A program made the translations under genes and the position numbers. A stretch of DNA of 64,000 nucleotides, from assembly GCA_040954595.2 (NCBI GenBank), contig CM082589.2, positions 5,036,213 to 5,100,212 on the forward strand. The letters are read 5' to 3'. Below the pieces are notes generated by a model. It did no database searches. It had not been told where the DNA came from and saw only the letters and a list, made by a program, of their open reading frames with translations. Of this stretch, positions 1 to 13,795 are shown one piece after another; position 1 is the stretch's first letter; every line of letters starts with the position of its first letter. The DNA is from Balanoglossus misakiensis (Eukaryota > Animalia > Hemichordata).

Positions 1-292
1 TCTAATCCCAGCCTGTGGTGTGTGACGAATCCAAGTCCTCTCACAGTATAACATTAGCCAAAATCACCATGTCGACCCAAAAACAAAAATAAAACGACGG
101 AGAATGGTTTAAGTCTGTTCAGTTGACGTTACTATTCAATGCGTTTGAAATATATAGTATGTCACAAGAAAGTAGTGCAACGTCTCAAGGCTCTGGTTTA
201 ATATACATAGGGTACTAAAAGACAACTTGTATAAAAGATCCATATTTAGCACTCCCTAGTTCTGAACCGGCATGGATCAAGTTGCTAGGCAT

Positions 293-1727
293 TCATGGCT
301 CGACGTTGAATTCTCTTCGCACCTTTGGCAGATTTAGCTCTCCCAGTCGCTCGTTCACAGCGCCAATGTTTTCGTCAAGCGCCCGGTGCATGGTGGCGGT
401 GAAGGGGTCGGCGGGGATGGAGTCCTGCCCTTGTCTGTGAAACATTCCCGCCATGTCACTCAACACACACTGGCGCCTCCTGCTTGTCAGCGTCACATTC
501 AGGAAGTCGACAACTTCACCCAGTTCCTCCATTGTGTTCTCCTTTAGATTCAGGTACTCAACCACGTGCAATGGTTTTGTGAAATTCAACCAGTACAGTG
601 CGTGACGCATCCATTTTGGTGTTTTGATCTCGATGAAGTCGTACCACTCTATAAGAAAAGCAAGGATTTATATTGTTTTTGTTTTTTTAATTACCGGTAA
701 GCCTGGTGCAGGTGGTAGCACGTAGGGATTTAATCTCGAGTTTTGTACAAACCATGAAGCGAAGTTATCGTATATTTGTCGGTGCTTACCTTGACCTGTG
801 AAATTGGACTGAGATGCGAAGCCGGTTTTTCCCGCCATTTCGCGATTAAATTCGGCCACTAGCGCCTTGTACGGATCACGTAGAAGCAGTATCGCAGCTT
901 CGTAGCCTTCGCCTCGAAAACCGTGTGTTTTGACTGTCAATGTTGTGCCAAGGGTGGGGTTTTCAAGTTCACCGATAAAACCTGAAATCGATCCAAACAG
1001 GTGGCAACGGCATGTGGTTAGGGCTTTCGATCTGAAGCAAACAAATACGCCCTCTACAAATTAAGGCACATTTCGGAACTTGAACTTCCTGTATACTTTT
1101 TTTTTCACATTGCAATAGTGTGCCCTGGCTTTTATTCTCATCTTAAACCGTCCCCAACTTCGCTGTATGTCGTTTTCAGACATACGTTACTATACAAGCA
1201 AGGCGCTGGCTGACCAATTGGCAAAACTTACCAGCTTTATACAGTGGATTACTTGAAAATATAGACCCAGTGTATATACCAGTTGCCAATTCCAACAAGT
1301 GTCTCATCCACGTGTTTCCAGACCCAGGGAAACTGGCCAGTGCGACGATTGGATTTGTATGGTTTGGCGACAATGACACAGCGCATGTATCATCACGCAC
1401 TCCTGTAACGTGAAAGATGTAATATCCACTGGGAATCAAACGAGTTAGATCGTCCTATGCGCATGTGTGTTATTTCGTATGTACAAACATTACGTCCAAT
1501 CCATATGTTCTGCAAATTTTGCGTCGACGCATTCAAATAGTGGACTTTTGACGGCAGAATCATCGTCTCTTATGTTCCCGCGAGGGCTTACCTGTAAGAT
1601 TACGCTGCAGTGGGTAACCGTGTCTCGTTTTAGTTAGAAGAGCAGTCTTCCGCCCTATTAATCCATTTAACAAACCGATACTAACAACAGCAGCCAGTGA
1701 AGAAAATACAAGAAAACACCTCTTCAT
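293..1727 (-). CDS. WSCD-family (sialate O-sulfotransferase-like) type II membrane sulfotransferase, no WSC domains; 4 exons: 1727-1592, 1402-1232, 981-790, 648-293
   Basis: N-terminal hydrophobic anchor [20 protein letters not shown]; 5'-PSB motif [27 protein letters not shown]; VKTH; 3'-PB motif [18 protein letters not shown]. All junctions are GT-AG with consistent phase. Confidence 0.85.
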
Positions 1728-1880
1728 CACGTGACTTGTGCAAGGCAGGTTTATCTGAAAGCCAGTGTGTTAACTTGATAAAGAACATTACAATGCTTGG
1801 AACATGACTGTACGATCGGTAAAATTGAAAACCGCGTCGTGTGCAAATGTTCTAAACAAAAGTCAGTCATTCCAAAAGAA

Positions 1881-2231
1881 AAGAGGCTTATAATGTCGTT
1901 ATATAGAAAATAATAACGTGTGATCAATTTAAAGCACTTCCCTCCCTAGTGACACACTGAATTTTATGTTTTGTGGCATCTGATGTCTCACAGCTGTCGT
2001 AATTAATTTTTGTCCCTATAGCCTACGCGATCTCTGAGCCTGTCATTCCATCGACCGTGGTTATTCATTTGAGAAGAGGCTTATAATGTTGGTTTAAATA
2101 TATAGGTATTATAATGTGTTGTCAATTTAAAGCACTTCCTTCCCTGGTGACACACTGAATGTTATGTTTAGTGGCATCTGATGTCTCACAGCTGTCGTTA
2201 ATCTGTATCCCTATACGCCAACTCTGAGCCT
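1881..2231. repeat. Diverged tandem duplication of ~190 bp (copies at 1881-2041 and 2074-2231) upstream of the WSCD-like gene
   Basis: AAGAGGCTTATAATG, CAATTTAAAGCACTTCC and GTGGCATCTGATGTCTCACAGCTGTCGT each occur twice, about 190 bp apart. Confidence 0.85.
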
Positions 2232-2912
2232 CTAAATATCTCCACTGGCGAATTCATATTTCAACTGATCCCTTGTACGCAATCACAGAGATTTCGCTGA
2301 ACTAATATTCGATCGAATTTATTAAATCGTGGCACCCTCACACACTATTTTGGCAGCTATGCGAATGTGGAAAGGGTACACTTCTAAATTCTAAAGCCAG
2401 GATTGTAGCTAAGTGTTGATACTTGGGATCGATCCCATAGGATTGCACCGTTTGGAAATATATTTCACTTTGGTATCATTTTACATATGCTGGGCTAATC
2501 TATCTTCAGTTTCAATTCCAATTACTATAAATTGTATCATGGTAAAAACAACTGACACGTTCCTCTTTTAGGTGACACAAATAACAAACAAACAAACACG
2601 TGCGTGCGTGCGTAAATACGGTCAGAATAATGTGACTTAAATTTTCGTCAAAGATGAACAATACTGTTACTTTGCATCAAAAGTATACTAGTATATATAG
2701 ACCTTTATCATGCCAAACAGTGTGTTGCTACATATCACATTCCTATGATATAATGAAAAAAAGCTTTTCGGGTTATGTTGGCAATATCGACAGATAAGTC
2801 GCACACATACAAATCGTGCGACATTCGTTTTAAATCATTAATCATAGGGAAAAAAACATAAAAATTCAATTGAATGGTTTTAATCTTCGAGGGTTAATTC
2901 TTCGTGCTATTT

Positions 2913-5900
2913 TCATTTCTTTTTCCCTTTAGACAAAACTGCCTTTGCTGTATTGGCCAATTTCTTATTGTCCTTCTTTGACGACGTCTTCGTCGAAACT
3001 TTCTTCACTGACAACGTCGGCTTTTTCGCCTTCTTCTTGACCGCCGTCGTGGTCTTCCCGGTCTTAGTGGCTTTTGTTGCGTCGATGACGAGATGTTTCA
3101 ACTCCTTGAGTCTGCAACTTGAAGTCTGGAGGATCGTTTTCAGGCCAAGTTTGTCTGTCTTAGAGACACATTCATCGTTCTTTCCTGGGAAAAGCTCTTT
3201 TCCAGAACCTTTTCCATAAAGCCAGTCCTGCATACCAGTCACCGACATGAATTCTATTCGATCGGCATCTTTTTTAAGGCCCTCAGCGTTGGTTCCTCTA
3301 AAGGCCAGATACTTCTTTTTCTTAGGATCGCACATCGCGGTCCAAAAATACTCCGGATTTTCGAGGCTGAAATGAAATCGGAAACCCGACAAATCATTAA
3401 TTTAAAAGCTATTCTTTGTTTTACTAATATTATTATAATGTTTATGAGAAGTAACAGCTATATAAATGCTCTATATTAGTAATACTTGTCGTAAGGTTAT
3501 AGGTAAAATCACAGATAAAAGTTTTTCTTACTTAGTTGTCTCAACCTTCCGTGATGTTGAGTATGGTTTAACGCCGGTCAGAATGTAGACTGGTCCGTCG
3601 TTGGGTTCCCTCGAGTACCAGACATAGTGGGCTATGAGACATTCCATCTCCCTCCACGACCTTCTGTTAAAAATTCCCAACTGCGGGGCGGCATTGACCA
3701 ATAGAAAAGTGGCTCTCATATCATCGAGATCGTGGCTGTTGATGTAAGATGGGTTTAAGTGTCCCCTATCCCATTTGCGTTTGTTCTTCTTATTGGCCTC
3801 GTCGTATTCTGAGTCGGTAGTTTGTTTTTCTGAAAGTAAACGTGGCAGATAACAGCGAGGGTCCACTCAATCGTCTGGTATACATGACCATACATCCTCA
3901 TCCAAATTCGTTTCAGACAGGACTGGATATCGCTTGTCTGTCAGAAAACTTACCTTTGCATTCGTCTTTGGTTATCATTTCCTGACAATCCTGCTCTTCG
4001 CCGTCGAGTGCCATAACCTTTTTCTTGCCTTTGAGATTCACAGGACCAAGATTCTTGCACTTATTGTTTGTTTCGTAAAATGGCTTATTTTTGGACTTCG
4101 CCTTACATAAACCTGAAAAGGTATTAAAATACGAGTTTCATAAACCTAAAATATTCCTTTCGTGCCTGATAGTATTTTGTCGCCCAAGGTTGGGCCCCTT
4201 CGCCGGCCGTACGCCCAACGGCTCCAAATACGCAAATGTTTATCATATGAAAAGTTGCGTTTGATATGATTTTAATAGTTTTCGTGTGAAGTTTCGCATT
4301 TAAAACGAAGTGTAAAATGAGAGTTTTTCGCTGTTCAGATCATTCTAATAGGATTATCCTTGGCCGATTGGTATAAGAAATAGAAGAAGGGCAGAAGAAA
4401 TAGAAGAAAATGCACTTAACTGCCATAACTTCACTCTGGCTTACCTATTTCATACCGATTCCATAGCGTCTTGTCACCTCCAAGATCACCGCGGACATAG
4501 CGCTTCGCTCCGGCATTTGGAGTGGTGGCAATGTATGCAGAATATTCAGCAATCCTGTGGTACAATATCCAAAGGGAAGTACACACTTCAACATCGTTTC
4601 GTGACTCCCACATACATCATGTGGGGTGCGCCATTTTAGCGCTGTTGCCTGACAGGCAACCGTTCCGAAAACTGTTGCCCTGCTCAGTAGAGAAACACCA
4701 TCTACGCACGCGCAATAAAAAAAAAACAAGATGGCGATGTCAACAGCCATCCTAATTTGTGACGATTTGACTTTTGTCTGGAAGAAAACACAATGTCTAC
4801 CGAACAAAGGCAAACCCAAGATGAAACTTTTTCGCTTTAGACCAACTTGTTTACTTATATTTCGCAAATACAACGTTCCTTGCTAAAGAGATCTTGCTGT
4901 ATTTGTCGTTATTGAGGGGTAGATAGACATGTATCTTTTCTGTAAAAAAACACATGTAAACCGTAAACATCCCAACCTTCTTCGTCATCGTTACCTCAAG
5001 TCTGTGTTATACAGAGTAGCGAAGCAGTAATCATGGGTGTTGCTGCCAATATTACACGTCTGACAGATTTTGACTCTGGCGCCACTTTTGATGGGACTTG
5101 GCGGCCATTTTTTTCCTGCGAAGAAGCCTTTGCAATCTTTGGGATCTGTTGATTCCTTGTATACTGCCCTTCGTCGTCGATACTCCGATTTGTCGTCTGA
5201 CAAATCTTCTTCAACAAGACAGAAAAAAAACACGATAAAAAATAACAACTGGAAACATTTAATGCATAATCGTCGGATATTTTGGTCATGTTTCACAATG
5301 AACAAAGTAAGCAATGTCTTCATTCGTTTGTGAGATTTTCATTTGTTTCTCGTGTGCTGCATGTTTGTGTGTCCTACTGCGATTTATATCATTTCGTTTT
5401 ATTATAAGTGTGTAGCCGGCACAACTGCCCTGACCCATGCGCACATAGATGTACTGGCAAGACAAACAGAGTAAACTCATAGTGCTCTCACCTTTTGTTG
5501 GATTAGTTTTCCTGGGCGGGTGATATGCGTCGAAAAACAGGTCATTGATAACGTTACTCTGGCAGAAACGGTACTGCATGTACAGTTTCTCATCTTCTTC
5601 GAAGTCGTCCAAGTCTGTGACAGTAATACAAAAATGGGGAAACTCAGTGAATGTAACATATATATATCACGTGATGTCCTCATGCATACTTTGCGGTACT
5701 TTCGTAGTATCCTCATGGTATGGTTGTTAGGCAGTTAGATACATTTCACTGTGACATAAATATATTGTTTTCCTTCGTGACTTTACGGAAAAGCCGGTCC
5801 ATATCTTTGTGCGTGTAAATCTAAACGACCAATAGACAGTCATGTTTGATCCATGGGAACATAGTTGGCACACTCGTCTACAAAAGGGTATACTCTTTAC

Positions 5901-8900
5901 TCGTGCCATTTTTACATTTTTGAATGAATCGAAGACAGTTTGAGAAATGACTCATGACATGATAATTTTTATAACAGAATGGCCGTCCAGAAGCCGTATT
6001 GGATTGGGTTGTTACACATACAATTGGACCTGACAGTTTGAATTATGGTAGGGCTGAGCTCTGGGAACAATGCGTAACAATCCAAATATTCCAGTGGAAG
6101 GAGAAATTAAACGATTTCATACCAAATATTTGTGAAATTGGTTCAAGCGCAACGTCATCGGCGCCCAAAGTGTTTCGACAGTCGAAAAGGGATGGAGTCG
6201 CCTCAGAAACTAAACAACTCAAGTCCTGGAACTCCTTGGGCGTGCAACCCAACTTTCTGGCCTTTTCTCTGAGTCTCCTGATAGTGCCATGCTCTGAGAA
6301 GCCAATCCCTGGGTGTTGTTGAGGAGAGAAAAAAAGACATAAACATAAACAAATGGAGTGATAATTAGTGACATTGTCATCCAGGGCAATCAATTTTCCA
6401 CAAAGAAAAAGTCACAAATGACATAATGAGAATGAGGTCAAATTGCAATTGGACATACCAGGTACTGGACAGGACCCATCGCTTCCAAGGCGGTAGGAAA
6501 TACCATCCGCTGTCTTTCGCTTTGTGAAGAGTTTATAATGGCAATTTTCCAGGGGACACCAGTCAACACACATGGAAAACTCCTCATGGATTGCCTCCCG
6601 TAGATGCTCTGATTTTTGTCTCCGTTTTCTTGACATGACGCTGGTTACCTCAAATGTGTCCGCGTGAATGTCATCCATATCAGCGTCAGCTGGTCTTATA
6701 TTGAACCTGTATTGAATTTCCCCTTTAGAACCGCTGAATAGAATGAGATATATAACATTAGTCATTATCGTTGTCTTGTTTTTAACAAGCCGACAGTTCC
6801 TCGTGCCTGTAAGGCATCGTGTATACAAATGTATAAACGCATGGGAACTGATATCGTTACCATATTAACACTGCGTAAAACGTTTCAGAGATACTGTCTG
6901 TCACATTTTACGTGTGAACAGTTTAAGTGGTCCTAGAACGTTTCAGATTTGAAACAGTTTTGCCTGACAAACATGAGCCAGTGTACGGTTTAAAACCTAT
7001 ATCCGCATTACGCCGTCTGTGGGACCGAGCGCCATGGTCTGCGCTTTAACCTTGAAAATAAAAGCAGGGCCAAAAGTTTGTTTCCATTCATGCTTAAATA
7101 TGTGGATTCCATTTCGCGGGTGCTTGTAAAGACAAGAGTGCCGTGCAAAATGGTCAGTTGTATACATTTCCATGCATCTGCAAGCGTGTGACGACCAAGA
7201 CTCTCTCACAGCCCCTCTCGTCGTCCATGCAGGCTTATGGACTGATTGCATGTGTGCCTGCTACACAACACCAAATGGTGCTCATCCCTTGCCAAACGGT
7301 TGAGGGCGCGTTGGTGAAGAGCTTGTTGTAGCGAACCGTGGGCTGTGAGAGAGTCTAGTGACGACCTACCCTTTAGGCTGCAGTCTGCCGATCAGAATGC
7401 CTACATAGCCGTGATTTGCCTCTGGATCTTTTTTCTGGTCATCCGTCGAGTCCACCATACCAAACGGTATCTCGCTGGGTTTCAAGAAGACCCGGATGTC
7501 ATGCTTTTGCTGAGCTTGGGAGGGTATCACAGTCGTCTTCCTGATTCTGAATGTCAACATTCTGCCGATCTCGTGCTCCTCGCTAAGTTCACGTCGCTCA
7601 GGGAAGCTGAACACGTTCACCACAACATCGACTGGATCCCCGGTCGGTTGCCATAGCAGCCAGGCGTAGTTGTCGCGGAATTCGTCACAATGGTAAGCGT
7701 AACAATAGACATCTGCTGCAGGCGCTGTCGCCTCATCATCTCCTACGACTACGTCTTCCATATGCGCGTCCCCCTCTTCATTGTCTACCTCTTTGAGGGA
7801 AAATGGCGCCTGAAAGGTGGACTTTCTTTTTCCTTTTTCCTTTCTTATTTCTTTCTTAACCCTTTTCATGATGTCACCACCGCTGCCATAGCCAGTGCCG
7901 TGCCCTTGGCTTTGTCGTTTCGCGGACTTGATGCGGTTGATGCCGCGCTTCTCTCGGGTGTGGTAGACTTTCTCTGCCACTTCGTCGCCAGCGGAGTCGA
8001 AACAGTTTGTCTCCATGTAAAGATCAGCCGAGACCAGGGATTGCCACAAGGCACCGCTCCTGAAGCACACCAGGCCGGCGCTGACGCCGCCGTACATGTC
8101 AAGCTCGGCTGCGTCGTCTGATGACAGGACATTCTGCAGCATGTAATCAGCGCTGAAGTCCGATGCTGCGCCGAACGGGTAAGCGCCGCTCGGTTCCGAC
8201 GCCGCATTGGCGCCCGTGCTTATGTAACTAGACGGGAAGGCAAAACTCCGGTCGCTTTCGCTGGTGTGATTTACCATGGTGTTCTCCAGGTCGCCGACAC
8301 AAACAAGCCCCCCGTCAGCCGATTCACCGACAACTGCGAAAATGTTGAGAAAGTTTCGCAGGGGAGGTAGCAGCGACTTCTGAAAACGGGGGCGTAACTT
8401 CTCATCAAGTGCGAGGCATATGTCCCCGACCATGGCTTTATTCCTGGCGAGAAGAGTGAACTGTTTTGATCCACTGGAAATCTAAATAGAAAATAAGAGA
8501 AGATTTACGTCATTATGTGCAATAGATGTACTGTACTGTACTGTACTGTACTGTACTGTACTGTACTGTACTGTACTGTACTGTACTGTACTGTACTGTA
8601 CTGTACTGTACTGTACTGCAATAGCCGAATGTTACAGACAGCAGACTTTCATAATACAAGAAATACATGGTCCTACTTCACCACATTCCCAAACTCACTC
8701 ACCTTAGAGGCCTTGAGACACTTTTTATATGCTTGAATTCCTGGGAGCGATTTCAAACATTGTTTTTAGTTTTGGAAGACATCTGTCAGGTAAATCTCGC
8801 CATGCGTGTCGTTGCTTCGCTGCAAGAAGTCCGCCAATTCTGCTGGTGTCTTTCTGTCGGTCCTCACAAGATATGTAAAGGGGTTGAGTTGACCCAAAAA

Positions 8901-9745
8901 TTGGATTATCTTCTTTAAAACTGATTTGGAGTCGATGGTTATGCAGAAGTACGTCATCGGCTTGTCGTCGGCACTGATCCATTCCCACGTGTTAGGGTCG
9001 TTCAGCTGGCGGCCATTTTCACTCGGCGGGAAGAAGGGGTTACTGTGAAGGATCCAAAAACCCGAGTCGCCGCCCGGTTGGTAGGCTATGAACCCGTTAG
9101 AAACCGCGGCGGAGTGATTACGCATTGGTAAAAAGTCCAGCAGCCGATTCAGCTCGTTGTTGTAGGCGAGATGCGATACCGAGGTGTCGTCGTCATCGAG
9201 CCTTGATGTGAGGGCAGAGAATGTGTTCCTCAGCGCTGAGTTTTCCGTTCCCGGTCTTCCCAAATACACGTTCTGGTGGTCCTGGTGTCCGGCCGAGTCG
9301 TAGTAACGATACTCAGTGAAGTCTGCTGGTTTGTACATCAGCCACCAGTCGACGGAGATTGACTGTTCCCCCAGCGGCTTACATCCAAGTGCATTATTTC
9401 TTCTGGTACCTCCTGAAACGATGCAAATATATGCACATATATATATAACTATTTTACCCAGGTTAGTCCAGGATTACTGACGGAAAGGATATATTCAGTT
9501 GTGCACTTTTGAGCGGCAAATTACATTGAAAGTTAATTCGTGAAATTTGGTTCCTCTCCATTATTATAGAAAATTGCATGGAGTGACCGTGATGTAACTA
9601 TACGAAAAACGCCACCTTGCGAAGATCCTGCATCTGCAGATTCCTTCCTCTTTTGCCTCCTCTTGTGGGGGCGCCGTTCACCAGACACAGCCGACCAGTC
9701 GACAATCAGCAACACTAAATACAGTAGAATCAATTTCTTCATCAT
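2913..9745 (-). CDS. Secreted multidomain nuclease: signal peptide + DNase II-like (PLD-fold, HxK motifs lost) + unassigned Cys-containing region + ENDOD1-like DNA/RNA non-specific endonuclease + Lys-rich tail. 11 exons: 9745-9616, 9412-8703, 8481-7370, 6733-6459, 6308-6123, 5614-5492, 5208-4995, 4554-4445, 4112-3954, 3829-3532, 3366-2913. In-frame TAA at 8766-8768
   Basis: All 10 introns are GT-AG with matching phases (total 3771 nt). DNase II-like motifs: CKPLGEQSISVDWWLMYKP, YRYYDS, SALRNT, LAYNNE, GFWILHSNPFFPP, YFCITI, LVCVGDL, GLVCFRSGALW. ENDOD1-like motifs: CKGFFAGKKWPP, KICQ, FATLYNTDLRIAEYSAY, WDRGHLNPS, ATFLLVNAAPQLGIFNRRSWREME, VYILTG, PEYFWTAMC. Confidence 0.75.
8527..8619. repeat. 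(CTGTA)n pentanucleotide microsatellite in intron 2 of the nuclease fusion gene
   Basis: About 18 perfect CTGTA units read directly from the sequence. Confidence 0.98.
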
Positions 9746-10768
9746 GCTCTTATCTGCAATGCAACATTAAATTTATAAATTAATCGATTGTCCATCTACA
9801 TTATTTAACACGCATTTTTAACTTTTTGCCTTTTAACAATGGGCAATGTGACTGTTGTATGTCTGTCCAATGATCTCCGCATGCCATGTAAACAGCCTAG
9901 CCACGGAGGGCCCCCTGGAGTTCGGAAAATGGTGCATTATGTAAGCACTTTAGATTTGGCAATGCCATCGGGATTTTGGTGCTGCGAGCTACGTCTGTGA
10001 TTTGTGTTTTCTTTCGTTTGAGCGTAGACCTTGGGTCACTGCTGCACAGTTTCAACTGTAACCCAATCTGGGAATCTTTCCCAGGGTGGTCGCAGGGCGG
10101 AGTGCTAAACTTCGCAAAGGCCTTGTATGGCATTTTTATAACACAAAAGACATACGAGAATCTGTTGAAAAAAAGATTTATGTCCATTGCGAGCTGTGCA
10201 CACATGCATTCTGGCTCTTCCAGCATCGTATATACACACCGTTGATTGGGGAGTCCCTATTCTGTACTGGGTGGGCTTTGATAGCAGAAGGGATGTTTCA
10301 AAACCAGGCCCGCCCCAAAACGATGTGTTACAATAAATAAACTCAACGTATACCACTTATAAAAGACTGCCGTGACGCCTGTTTCTTGTCTATTGAAGTA
10401 TGTTTACTCAGCGCTCGACTCTCTCATCACAACTCTACAGGGTTTCTGTTTCATTTGTGTGGAATCAGATCGACTCAACCGCCCAGCTCCGCTGAAAAGT
10501 TTGAGGCCGCGCGCACAGTCAGGGGATAAGTTTTATGGAGTGTGTGTGCTAATTTTGGCATGAATTACACTCCATATAAGTTTTAGCTGCCGAGGGTGAC
10601 ACCAAATCAGTGCCTAGAATATCCGACGACGTCCCAAGTCTTGAAGTGGCTGAGTGTTCATATTATGCTTCCCGCATTCCAAGAAATATAACACTGAGTT
10701 CTGGCGGCACGTGCGCGCTTCGAGGAACTGGAATCAGTTCCCATCGGGAGATCTATACACTGCCATGT

Positions 10769-10848
10769 TAGTCTAGTATCTAGCCGTATTTTGTCCGCTT
10801 TGCTACCGAAACTACAAAGCGGACAAAATACTGCTAGATACTAGACTA
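10769..10848. mobile_element. 80-bp hairpin MITE with TAG...CTA termini and a 9-bp TSD (AcademH-like non-autonomous element)
   Basis: 34-bp inverted arms TAGTCTAGTATCTAGC(C/A)GTATTTTGTCCGCTTTG with one mismatch and a 12-nt loop; CTGCCATGT duplicated at 10760-10768 and 10849-10857. Confidence 0.85.
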
Positions 10849-11089
10849 CTGCCATGTCGCCTATTTCTGGTGCCAGTGGTGGTGACTGGCCCACAGAAAA
10901 AAAGCTCCGAATAAATAGAATTGTCCCATCGACGCAAACCACGACCTCTTCTCGCAAACAGAGAAAGAACTGTCCACGAAAAAAAGATGCAGCTGCTGTC
11001 GAAAGTCTTGGAACCAACAAGAGTAAAATAGGCGACAAAATGTTTTTAAAAATCCTCGAGCTCCCCGATAGAGACAGAGAAGTGATACA

Positions 11090-11120
11090 ATGGAGGTACT
11101 AGAGAGAAGGAGCGAGGACG
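11090..11120 (+). mobile_element. Solo terminal inverted repeat of the P-like MITE family found at 27938-28659
   Basis: ATGGAGGTACTAGAGAGAAGGAGCGAGGACG is identical to 27939-27969; no partner TIR seen nearby. Confidence 0.8.
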
Positions 11121-11845
11121 GGTTTTCCCATACATAATTTTTGTCCCGAATGGCGTCACTTTCAGAAGTGTTTTCTCTAAGAGTCGTCCAAAGCGCCAAG
11201 GATATGAAACGACCCAAATGTCCGACTCCCTCTCTACTCCCACCCATCTACGAACAAAATGACAGAACGTACTTTTGAAAAACGTACCTGGTCACAAACG
11301 GCTGTGCTAGGACAAAGGCATTAGCGACGCTACGTATCTGAACAACACGTACGGTTCCCCGACTTGGCAACTGGAAGTGGAGCTTTATCCAAATGATCAA
11401 GATGCCGTGTGGATGGAAGAGTAAGTTTGCCGGAGCCGAAGTGGGTTCTAAGAAAATTGTGATTACGCGTATTACAACAAGCTCATGTATATATAGTTAG
11501 GGGGAAACCATTTGATTTCTGGGGGTGGTGGATGATTTATACCACAGAGATAAACAGTAGGTAATATGCTATTATTATGAGAGGACAAAAATGACAATGG
11601 ACTTCAGGTATCCTGATTGTCCGGCGATACCCTCAGCTTACATAACCATATTTACCTGACCTTTCACCATTTCTTGCGGACGGCTGCGCCATTTATCTCT
11701 TGAGTTTCCACAAGTCCCAAGCGTGTATTGGCGTCCCCACATTTGCTCTCGTTACAACTGCCTGAAATCCACGGAAACATCACCCGAGCTAGAGAAAGAA
11801 CCAACTCCCGCAATACTGACACAACCGACGTCACAAGCGCTGGAT

Positions 11846-13795
<1,950 letters not shown>

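Noticed and set aside
2396-2445. tRNA/SINE-like A-box and B-box words (TAGCTAAGTG, GGATCGATCCC)
   Set aside because: Spacing is too short and no cloverleaf can be drawn.
7007-7051. Possible extra phase-compatible mini-exon in the nuclease fusion gene
   Set aside because: The donor is weak and it is not needed, since 7370>6733 joins in frame; it cannot be supported without transcript data.
8515-8736. ORF with VLYCT repeats
   Set aside because: It is a translation of the intronic (CTGTA)n microsatellite.
9897-10226. 109-aa ORF faintly resembling a THAP/transposon fragment
   Set aside because: No C2CH signature and no splice support.
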